Positions 15,674 through 23,951 of a stretch of DNA of 30,121 nucleotides are shown here, piece by piece. Both the position numbers and the translations under genes were made by a program. The notes under the pieces were generated by a model. That model was not told where the DNA came from. It made no database searches and saw nothing but the letters and a program-made list of their open reading frames with translations. This DNA is from a virus (taxonomy: Duplodnaviria > Caudoviricetes): IMG/VR virus record IMGVR_UViG_3300025732_000190, positions 1 through 30,121 of that record. One strand, 5' to 3'. The first letter of the stretch is position 1. Every line of letters begins with the position of its first letter.

Positions 15674-18211
15674 CTATAGAACCTCCACAATTTTATAAAA
15701 GCAAGTCATCGTCGAAGCCGCACTATATTGAGCGGTTACATTTAACACCTGATCTGCCGCAGTGTTCACGGTGCTGTTGGCATAAATTAAAATGCTATCA
15801 GAGTTTCCGTTTGAAACTTGTTGACGAAGTTTCCAATCAAGAATTGTTTTTTGCGACGATTCACTGGCATTTGGAGCAATAATTATTGTCATATTCCAAT
15901 GATTCGTTGTTGTATCAGCAAGAACCTCGGCAATACTTTGACAAATTGTTGTTGGCCCAAGTTTTACTCGAAGAGTAAGTGTTTTTGCGGCGTTTGCGCC
16001 AGAGCAAGTACCATACATCGTTACTCTTATCGGTCTATTTGTGAACATTGTTGAAGCTCTGATTTTTGGAGCAGCAGCAAATAAGCTAACCTCGGCAGTT
16101 TGACCTGAAGGCCCCGCTGAAGTTGCTTCCGTATAAAGTGTGTGGTGCAGACTGTATCCATCACTATTGTCTGTTGGTGCTGGAAATTGATCGTGTAACT
16201 TGATATCCCAATTTCCTGCCGAAATCGTGGCGCTAATTGTAGGTGTTGGTGTAACAGTCATTGTCAGACTTGACTTCAAGGCCACTTGCAACGGAACTTG
16301 AACGCCTGCGGAAGAATCAATATGAATCCAAGATCCCGATGATATGCTACCATTATTTCCAGTGTTAGTTGACAAAGTAACTGTAGGGCTTCCGGCTGTT
16401 AAAGTAAGAGTACCACTACCAGGAATATAACTAGGAGTGTTGAATCGCAACAAATCTCCACACGTATTATATAAACAACTTGTTGGATCAGCGTTTCCAT
16501 AAACTGCGTGATTGCCGTAGGGACTTTCAAAATAAATTTTTGTCGGGCCGTAATTTGTTCCTAATTTATATCCTGCTCCAGTCCCCCCAGTTGCTACACC
16601 GATATTTGCGTGTACTGTTAATGCCGTGTTGGATGCAATTGCTACAACAACATATCTTTCCGTCGATCCACTTCTAAAAATTGTGTCCCCAACCGCAAGT
16701 TGAGTTGTAAATGTACTGCCAACACCTGTCACAGAAGTTGTGCCAGTGTTAAAGGTGATCGAGTTGCCGCCAGTTGAAGTTAATAATGTGGAAGATCCTT
16801 CGTTAGCTTTGCCGCCACCGAGAATTCTAAATTCCTTATCATAACCTAACGCTTTATTTCCATAGTTCAAAGTGTCACGTCGTACCGTGAACATATCTTT
16901 GTTGCTTTTGTCAAAGAATCGAAGATAGTAACCAGTAAAGTTTGACAAATCTTTTGGAGCTGCGACCGAGATCAGAGACCCTGCTCTACAGTTTGCGCCT
17001 TCAATAAGCATCACAGGCTCGTTTCCAAATGATTCAGACTTAACCCACATGGCAATTCCTGAGTCCTTATTCCAGACTCGCATCAATCCGCCGTTATACG
17101 TATTCCCTGAATCAGTTATGTAATTTCCTACAAAATCGTAGCCAAAGATTGAGTTAAATTGATTTCCACCATAGGTAGCGTAAGGCATACGTTCTGAAAA
17201 TTGAAATTGATGAGTAGCGTTTACGTTGCCGTCAGTATATCTAACCCAAGGATTTTGACTAAGACTTGTTGTTGGTGCGAGAACGTGTTTTCCAGCCACA
17301 CGAGAGCTTGTCGATGCGTGTGCCGTTCCAGACCAAGAATGACCTGCTCCCAATGATCCATCACAGTATGTTGTCGGCCAACCATAAGCAGAATATGCAG
17401 AGCTGATACTTTTTTGCTCAAGTTGAAATGCGTCCATGTACCATGTAACAGCTATTGCTGACGCAGTTAAAACTTGCAAAATAACAGACGTATCGGATGG
17501 ACCAGAAGTCCATTCCGCCCAGCCTCTAGTCCAGTCACCATAAGGAATTATATATTGACCAAAACCTAATAACCCACTCACGTTTCCGTTGAAGTTAATG
17601 TTTAAACTTTCGCGGTTAGTTGCCGGATTATAGTCGGGCACTGGGGCTGAAGTTGATTTCAAGTAAAAGCTAAAAATGTAGGTAGTGTTTGGCGATACAG
17701 CGATAGATGCAAGTTGAACGCCTCTTCCAGTTAACGCGGTTGTCGTTACTCTTAACGAGTTTGATCCAATCCATGCAAAAGCATTTGATTGAGCAATTGC
17801 CGTTCCAGTACCTACAGCCGAATATCCAGTGATGTTAGTCTCACAGCTTGGGTTTGTAACTAAGTTAGTGGTTGCTTCGTCATGAACTTCGGCAATCCTA
17901 GTATTGCCGCTTGTTGATACTGGCTGAAATGTCGCCTGTCCTCCGGCAACCTTAAGTTGATTTGTTGTATCGTCCCAGCTTAAATTTGTAACATCTTGAG
18001 CTATAGTGGCACTGGGGTTAACAAATAAAATTGAGTTTTGAGTCCCGCCTGTAATGCCGCCACCAATAGATGGATTACTTGCTCCGATTTGAATATCATT
18101 TCCAGTCTGCGTGATTGATACGTTTGTTCCAGTGGAAAAAGTAACATCCCCGCGAAGCTTTGGTGATCCTGTTTTTGAAATTGAAGTTATTAGTCGTCTG
18201 AATAAACTCAT
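15674..18211 (-). CDS. Multi-domain virion fibre/spike protein with CBM4/9-like carbohydrate-binding domain, 845 aa
   Basis: TNLVTNPSCET...VSPNTTYIFSFYLK...WTR...WYMDAFQLEQ is a galactose-binding-like pattern; Thr/Ser/Gly-rich; TAATG-coupled. Confidence 0.7.
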   Translation of the reverse strand: MSLFRRLITSISKTGSPKLRGDVTFSTGTNVSITQTGNDIQIGASNPSIGGGITGGTQNSILFVNPSATIAQDVTNLSWDDTTNQLKVAGGQATFQPVSTSGNTRIAEVHDEATTNLVTNPSCETNITGYSAVGTGTAIAQSNAFAWIGSNSLRVTTTALTGRGVQLASIAVSPNTTYIFSFYLKSTSAPVPDYNPATNRESLNINFNGNVSGLLGFGQYIIPYGDWTRGWAEWTSGPSDTSVILQVLTASAIAVTWYMDAFQLEQKSISSAYSAYGWPTTYCDGSLGAGHSWSGTAHASTSSRVAGKHVLAPTTSLSQNPWVRYTDGNVNATHQFQFSERMPYATYGGNQFNSIFGYDFVGNYITDSGNTYNGGLMRVWNKDSGIAMWVKSESFGNEPVMLIEGANCRAGSLISVAAPKDLSNFTGYYLRFFDKSNKDMFTVRRDTLNYGNKALGYDKEFRILGGGKANEGSSTLLTSTGGNSITFNTGTTSVTGVGSTFTTQLAVGDTIFRSGSTERYVVVAIASNTALTVHANIGVATGGTGAGYKLGTNYGPTKIYFESPYGNHAVYGNADPTSCLYNTCGDLLRFNTPSYIPGSGTLTLTAGSPTVTLSTNTGNNGSISSGSWIHIDSSAGVQVPLQVALKSSLTMTVTPTPTISATISAGNWDIKLHDQFPAPTDNSDGYSLHHTLYTEATSAGPSGQTAEVSLFAAAPKIRASTMFTNRPIRVTMYGTCSGANAAKTLTLRVKLGPTTICQSIAEVLADTTTNHWNMTIIIAPNASESSQKTILDWKLRQQVSNGNSDSILIYANSTVNTAADQVLNVTAQYSAASTMTCFYKIVEVL

Positions 18212-20621
18212 TACGTCAACTCCGTCACTCTAGCTGCGCCAGTGGCAGAATCCCATACGCCAGTTATGATTCCAGTGTAAATATATTGTGCCGGAAGTTC
18301 ATAATAGTCGTCTTGGTTTAATTTCACAGTAAAACTTGTTGTCGATGCAGTTGATCCAAGCTTCAAATACAAGATTGCAGTTGAATCATTAAAAATTGTA
18401 GCTCCAAGTCTTGATGCGTTTGATGCAACAAGAGTCACACTTGCAACACTTCCAGCAACGGAACTTGTGGTGCTTGTCGATGATTTCGGAAGTGTGGAAA
18501 TTGTTACCGCACCTGTATTGCACGCGGTAACTTTAGTGTTTAAAGCACTAAGCGTTGTTTCGGTCGCTGCGCCTGTAGGCAAAGGCAACGACGCTGCACT
18601 AATTGCAAATGTACCTGTGCCAGCGTTAGCAGTAACAGTTCCATCTACTGTTAAACTTCCGCCGTTATCAGTTACGGGAAACGCAGCTCCAGTTCCAGGT
18701 TGCACTGGAAGCGCTTTTGCTAAAGTAACAGCTCTTTGTGTGCCTGATTCGTTCCAGTTAATTTGATTACCAGTTGGAGTAGCAGCCGCAGTTCCATCAG
18801 CATATTGAGTACCGCCACCAAATGACGTGATCTGGTTTCCAGAGCCATCAATGATTGCAACATCAATACCGCGTGATGTTCCAGCCAAATGTGAAGTTAG
18901 TGAGTTACCAGAACCGTCAAGATTCCTGACAGACCAGTTTCCTGACTGAGTAGCTGCTACAGTTCCAGATACTGGCTGAGTAACACCGCTGCCATCAACA
19001 AGTAACCGAGTTGAAGTTACTGTCAGGTTAGCAGGAATTTTTCCGTTTAGAGTTGAAAGAGTTGTCTCAGTAGCCGCTCCAGTGGGAAGCGGGAGTGATG
19101 CTGCGCTGATAGCAAATGTTCCAGTTCCGGCGTTAGCTGTTACCGTTCCACTAACTGGCTGAGTAGTTGCAGACCCGTCTACTCTGACGGCTCCAGCAGT
19201 TGTGAGCGACAAGGGATTTGATTGACCAGTCGTATAAGTAGGAGCCGCAGTCGTTGTTGCTCCTAAAATCAAATTGCCCTTTTGACCGCTAGTTGTTGAA
19301 CCGATCGAAAGCGATAAGTTATCTGTATTCGTTTTAACGGACGCTAGGTTGCCACCACTTTCAAGTGCGAGAGCTGACGTGTTTAAGTTAGTTCCTGCAT
19401 TGGCGGTAACAGACCATGCGCCTGATTGAGTGGCAGCTATCGTTCCGTCTACAGTAATTGATCCGGCATTATCCGAAATCGGAATCGCCGAAGTAAACGG
19501 ATTAACTTGCGATGCAAGTGTTACGTTAGGAAGCGTTAAAACATCAACGTCACCGATGTTATTTGTTCCAGCCGGAAGTGCCGTGCTGATTGTAACCGCT
19601 CCTGTATTGCAGGCAGTAACTTACCGTTCAAAGAACTAAGAGTTGTTTCAGTCGCGGCACCCGTTGGAAGCGGAAGCGATGCGGCTGAAACGGGCTGAGT
19701 AACACCTGAACCGTCAACAAGTAATCTTGTTGAACTAACAGTCATTCCAATTGGAATTCTTGCAGTATTGTTTTTAACGTCAGTTAAAGTTGTATCGGTA
19801 GCGACGTTCGTTCTTGCCCCAGTTGAATCAAGAACGGCAACGTCAAGACCTCTCGACGAACTCACTAAATGAGACGTGATGCCGTTTCCTAATGTGTCTT
19901 GAGTTCGTACTTGATAAATTCCGCTTTGAGTAGCGGCAACTGTTCCATCAACTGTCAGGCTTCCGCCATTATCGGTAACTGGAATTGCTGATTGATCGGA
20001 ACTTATTGCAACGGGCAACGAATTGGCCATTGTATTTTGGCCAACTACTCCCGTTATATCGCCTAAAGCTACAGTGAGACTTCCGCTTGGTGTGACTTTA
20101 ACGTCAACGTATGAACTTCCGCCAGCGGTTGTCTTGCCCTGGATTACTGACTTAGTTAATTCGGCAAAAAAGTAATCGGTTGGATTTTGGTTAAGTCTTA
20201 AAAGTGAGCTTTGAACTCGCGTTGGTTTAAGAATTGTTTGAAGTCTAAAAGCAGTCTGAGCCGATCCACTATTTGTATATACAACGCGAGCGTATTTATA
20301 TTCGACATTAAATACATATCCAACACCAGTGGGGCTTGTGTATGTAGTTGAGTGCGAGTGATCCCAATTTGTTCCATCGGGAGAAAATTGTACTGTTACG
20401 CCATTTGTTGCTGACGCTACATCGGAATAGACGTTGACGTTAATTACGGCAAAATCCGTAACGTCCATTGCTGATCCAGTAAATACAGCATTGGCACCTA
20501 GAGGCGTAGTAGAAGAGTTACCAGCATTAACATAACCTTTGATGTAATCTACAGTTACGTTACTTGCGCCACCGCCACCGCCACTACTTTTTGGAGAACC
20601 GCCAATTCCAATATGGCCCAC
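18211..20621 (-). CDS. Single repeat-rich virion fibre-like gene (~803 aa) interrupted by a 1-nt frameshift at 19620/19621; joins ORFs 19536..20621 and 18211..19272
   Basis: From 19620 the frame of 18211..19272 is open (VTACNTGAVTISTALPAGTNNIGDVDVL...GQKGNLILG); the paralogous repeat near 18530 reads LNTKVTACNTGAVTIST. Confidence 0.85.
18547..19688 (-). repeat. Three identical peptide repeats SAASLPLPTGAATETTLS (19635-19688, 19054-19107, 18547-18600) plus interleaved repeats
   Basis: Direct translation; PVTDNGGSLTVDGTV, STRLLVDGSGVTQPVS, AATQSG and TSHL..SRG.DVA also recur within the gene. Confidence 0.92.
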
Positions 20622-20927
20622 TTACTCCTCCGTTTCATATTCTATGCGAACAGCATCACCAGAAGTTCCAACTAGATAAATTTTGGAAAGATCGTATGTG
20701 GTATTATATCCACGAGCCAAAGCACGAGCGTATTTTTCGTTTGTTTCACCAGGCTGCAAAAACATTCCAGAATTTATTGTTACTGTTGAATCACCGACAT
20801 AAATATCGGCTGCATTTGTCAATTCAGCACGAATTGCAAATCCTTGAGTCATGATTCGACTAGAAGATATTTTCTCAGCCGATCCTGACCCAAGGACTTT
20901 GCGAAAAGTTTTAATCACTGTTGCCAT
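20622..20927 (-). CDS. Small beta-rich virion protein (decoration/spike-base-like), 101 aa
   Basis: TNAADIYVGDSTV...GMFLQPGE...DLSKIYLVGTSGDAV; paralogous to the upstream gene. Confidence 0.65.
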   Translation of the reverse strand: MATVIKTFRKVLGSGSAEKISSSRIMTQGFAIRAELTNAADIYVGDSTVTINSGMFLQPGETNEKYARALARGYNTTYDLSKIYLVGTSGDAVRIEYETEE

Positions 20928-21229
20928 TATTGGAAATAAAGTATCGAAACTTTCTCACCACTAACAGAAGCGTCAACCCACATATTTTTCAGATTAAAAT
21001 AATCATCTCTACCAGCAATTTCTAAATCACCAATAACTAGGGGAGGTGCTCCAACTTTTAATTGAAGACCAACTGTTGAAGATACGTTTGAATCTCCAAG
21101 ATAGATGTGACCAGTATTTGCAGCATGACCTGCAACAATAATTTTTTTAACCATCAAATCAGTAGCAGAAACTTGTACACGAGTACCAGCGGTAGTAACC
21201 GTTTTATTAAGCGTGGCAAATTGTGCCAT
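20927..21229 (-). CDS. Small beta-rich virion protein (decoration/spike-base-like), 100 aa
   Basis: AGGAGG SD; ANTGHIYLGDSNV...GLQLKVG...NLKNMWVDASVSGEKV. Confidence 0.65.
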   Translation of the reverse strand: MAQFATLNKTVTTAGTRVQVSATDLMVKKIIVAGHAANTGHIYLGDSNVSSTVGLQLKVGAPPLVIGDLEIAGRDDYFNLKNMWVDASVSGEKVSILYFQ

Positions 21230-21247
21230 TTTAACCTCCTAAAAAAG

Positions 21248-21574
21248 TTACTGAGCAGCTTTAAGAACAAGAACTCGAATAACTGCACCAGCGCCAGGGT
21301 CGCCCGTCCAAGCAACTGCAAGTTGGTTTGCGGTTCGCGAGGTGTCCGTCCATTGAACAAGTGCAGTTCCGTTAGCACCTTTAGTTTTTTGTGAAACAGC
21401 AAGAATTTGATCGGCGGCAGCAAGACCTGTTACGGTCAGGGTTGCGGTAGCAGCGCCACCAGCGGAAGCTGCTGAATCATAAACTTGAATGTTAACGAGA
21501 TCGCCAAGATTGCACTTACGAGCAGTGCCATTCATGCGGTTTAAAAGAAATACATCACCTACAGATGCGGCCAT
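21248..21574 (-). CDS. Putative capsid cement/decoration protein, 108 aa (start ATG 21574)
   Basis: AAAGGAG SD; first gene after the MCP; Ala/Thr/Gly-rich beta composition (TLTVTGLAAADQI). Confidence 0.65.
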   Translation of the reverse strand: MAASVGDVFLLNRMNGTARKCNLGDLVNIQVYDSAASAGGAATATLTVTGLAAADQILAVSQKTKGANGTALVQWTDTSRTANQLAVAWTGDPGAGAVIRVLVLKAAQ

Positions 21575-21595
21575 TTTATTTTCTCCTTTTTTTAA

Positions 21596-21630
21596 CAGGG
21601 TTGCCCACCTCAAGCGGTGAGCTATTCCTG
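21596..21630 (-). promoter_or_regulatory. GC-rich RNA hairpin just 5' of the SD of the post-capsid gene
   Basis: CAGG-AAUA-GCUCACC-GCUUGA-GGUGGGC-AAC-CCUG, then UUAAAAAAAGGAG. Confidence 0.5.
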
Positions 21631-21643
21631 ATTTCAATATGTT

Positions 21644-21690
21644 AAACATTGACGTAAAATCTTTTTATTGACTCTACGTCAATGTTTTTT
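21644..21690. terminator. 13-bp perfect inverted repeat (terminator-like or operator) downstream of the MCP gene
   Basis: AAACATTGACGTA (21644-21656), 18-nt spacer, TACGTCAATGTTT (21675-21687); a T-run follows on the + strand, only a weak U-tract on the - strand. Confidence 0.5.
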
Positions 21691-21696
21691 TATAAT
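21668..21696 (+). promoter_or_regulatory. sigma70-like promoter TTGACT-N17-TATAAT, antisense to the major capsid gene
   Basis: 11/12 match to consensus with 17-bp spacer; AT-rich upstream; intergenic. Confidence 0.5.
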
Positions 21697-21720
21697 CGTT
21701 TTATATCTTAGAAATCGAGC

Positions 21721-22983
21721 TTAGTAGCTGATTCCATAGATAATTCCGCAATGTCCTGGGGCTTTTACCACGAGGTCGCCTCGAAGGCTTACGTCAACGA
21801 TATATTTATACCCAGAAACTCCCCTGACAACATAGTATTCGTTTCCGTCGGGTGATTTTTCACGATGGAACATACGATCCGTCGCAAATACACACGCCTT
21901 GGGATCAAGGAATACAATATAGCTATCTGACGCCTCTTGCACTCCAACCAACTTAAGTGCTCCGTTGACCGAAGTAATTTCGATCTCAGTCCAACCAAAT
22001 TCAGATGCTTTAGTTGCAGTAGGAGTAACTTTGTAGCCACCCTTCTGAGTCTCAATTAACTTCATAATCGAACCCAAGTGCTTGTAGCTCATAAGAATCG
22101 TATTCGCGTTACCTTTAGCGCGTGTACGAACTTCAGTATAAGCGTCAAAGAGACGTTCAAGAAGATTAGTAGCGGTGATCGCCGATCCGTCTACGTTTAC
22201 AGCTTGCAAATAAGGATATGCAAGTTTGGAAACACCGTGCAAGTTAGCTGCACCACCGTTAGCTGCGCTCAAAAGAGCATCATACAACGATTGGAAACCA
22301 GCAGACTGAGCACCAGGGTGGTAGCATTTTGCCGCTTGTGCAACGGTATATGCAGAAATTGAAAATGCACTACCACCGCGAGTATCCGACACAGTTACAA
22401 CTTTAGTGTTTACGTTTACAGCCGTAACATAAAGTGTTTGAGGCGAAGAGTTACCATCGTCGAGCGAAAATTTCTGACCAAGAACAAAACGATCAATGCG
22501 GTCTACAGTCATAAGACCAGTACCACCAGTGTCGCCGTCAGCGGTCAAAGTTGCAAAGTGCGGGCCACCAAGAAGGTTGATCGACACAACTTCTTTGAAG
22601 TATTGCATCATCGCTTCGATGCGGTCAGGGAGAATCTTAAGGAAAGATTTCTCGTTAGGGCCGCCGTCGTGTTCTTGCAAATCGCGGGAATGGAATTGCA
22701 TGGTCGCGTTCACGTGCTTTTGTGAATTGATTCGTCCACGGACGAATTGGTCTTCAGCAATATCTGACTCACCTGCCAAGCTACCAAATTCGATTGATGA
22801 AGCACCTGCTCCCACAAAAGGCACAATATAAGCCGCTTCTCCTGACACAGAACTTGCGCCGCGCCAACCTTCGTCGATTTCGACGTTGTTGAGCATCCAA
22901 TCGCGTTTAATCATTTCTTCTTTGAGTAGTTCTAGCGGCATATAGTCTTTCAACATTGCCGAGAACGATCTTGTTACTGACAT
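21721..22983 (-). CDS. Major capsid protein (HK97 fold) with a small inserted beta domain, 420 aa
   Basis: Follows the scaffold; AAGGAG SD; C-terminal RGDLVVKAPGHCGIIYGISY and ANTILMSYKHL match HK97-fold MCP patterns; biased codon usage (CGT, AAC, TTC) suggests high expression. Confidence 0.85.
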   Translation of the reverse strand: MSVTRSFSAMLKDYMPLELLKEEMIKRDWMLNNVEIDEGWRGASSVSGEAAYIVPFVGAGASSIEFGSLAGESDIAEDQFVRGRINSQKHVNATMQFHSRDLQEHDGGPNEKSFLKILPDRIEAMMQYFKEVVSINLLGGPHFATLTADGDTGGTGLMTVDRIDRFVLGQKFSLDDGNSSPQTLYVTAVNVNTKVVTVSDTRGGSAFSISAYTVAQAAKCYHPGAQSAGFQSLYDALLSAANGGAANLHGVSKLAYPYLQAVNVDGSAITATNLLERLFDAYTEVRTRAKGNANTILMSYKHLGSIMKLIETQKGGYKVTPTATKASEFGWTEIEITSVNGALKLVGVQEASDSYIVFLDPKACVFATDRMFHREKSPDGNEYYVVRGVSGYKYIVDVSLRGDLVVKAPGHCGIIYGISY

Positions 22984-22994
22984 TTATTTTCTCC

Positions 22995-23903
22995 TTAATC
23001 TAATTGTTTGGCACGCTTCTTAAGATCATCAAGTGATCTAATAGCTTGCCGTGTTGGTGATCCTGATCCTTTTCCGACGTTAGGAATCACACGTTTTCCT
23101 GTTGTTGCTATTTGTTGTGGTGCCATTGTTGCTTGTTCTTGAGTTGCGCCCAAGAACGGCGAAAATTCTCTTGATACAAGAGAGAGCAACTGGCTTGGGC
23201 GAACATGAGTACCTTGCTGGGCCACCATGTAGGCTCCTCGATCAATGACAAGAGACTTGAAAGCACCTTCTCCGTAAGCCTTGTCATAGGCTGACTTCAA
23301 CGAAGAATACTCGGGCTTGGCTAGCTCCATATCAAGCTCGATGTCAGTTACGCGGGCCAACTCTTGCGAAGCTTGCTCGCGATACATCATATTCTCTTCC
23401 ATGATTCGCTCTTTTTCAAGCTCCATCATTTTTTTTGCTTCAATAGCTTCTTGTTGTTCTTGTGGAAGCTGTGCTCGATCAAGCTTAGCCTTCACAATCT
23501 TAAACAACATATCATCGGTGTAACCAAGCTCTTGAAACACTCGATCATGATCTTCCTTACCATAATGATATTGCAGCTTGTTTACGCGATCTACAATTGG
23601 CTTCCATTCTGATTCATAGGTGCCAATTTTCTCGCGATACTTAGACGCAGCATCAGCACGCTGAATATAATCGCGAACCTTTTTCAACGAATCATCGTCC
23701 TTAATCAATCCACGAAAAAACGGATCAATCTCACGCTTCTTACCGTCAAATTCATAAGTGTAATCAGGAGTCCACGCGGACGCTTGCGCATCAGGGGTAG
23801 ATGCTTGCTGAGTCTGCGTAGATGGAGCTGATTGAGTTACTTGCGTTTGCTGTGTTGTTAGTTCTGTTGACGTGTCTGTGCCTGTTGTTTCTTCTGTTGC
23901 CAT
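22995..23903 (-). CDS. Capsid scaffolding protein, 302 aa
   Basis: Between portal and MCP; T/Q/E-rich disordered N-terminus, YEFDGKKREI motif, coiled coils, C-terminal helix IRSLDDLKKRA. Confidence 0.78.
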   Translation of the reverse strand: MATEETTGTDTSTELTTQQTQVTQSAPSTQTQQASTPDAQASAWTPDYTYEFDGKKREIDPFFRGLIKDDDSLKKVRDYIQRADAASKYREKIGTYESEWKPIVDRVNKLQYHYGKEDHDRVFQELGYTDDMLFKIVKAKLDRAQLPQEQQEAIEAKKMMELEKERIMEENMMYREQASQELARVTDIELDMELAKPEYSSLKSAYDKAYGEGAFKSLVIDRGAYMVAQQGTHVRPSQLLSLVSREFSPFLGATQEQATMAPQQIATTGKRVIPNVGKGSGSPTRQAIRSLDDLKKRAKQLD

Positions 23904-23909
23904 AATAAT

Positions 23910-23937
23910 CTCCGCGCCGCAATCCCTCGCGAGGCGC
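23910..23937 (-). promoter_or_regulatory. Bulged GNRA-capped hairpin abutting the scaffold SD (candidate translational operator)
   Basis: GCGCC-(UC)-GCGA-GGGA-UUGC-GGCGC immediately followed by GGAG-AUUAUU-AUG. Confidence 0.55.
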
Positions 23938-23951
23938 TCTGCTATCAGAAA

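Noticed and set aside
19610-19630. Programmed -1 ribosomal frameshift
   Set aside because: No X XXY YYZ heptamer, and the -1 frame has TAA immediately before the resumed GTT; a 1-nt deletion is simpler.
21575-21649. Longer 133-aa start for the post-capsid gene
   Set aside because: A strong SD precedes ATG 21574 and the extension runs through the hairpin region.
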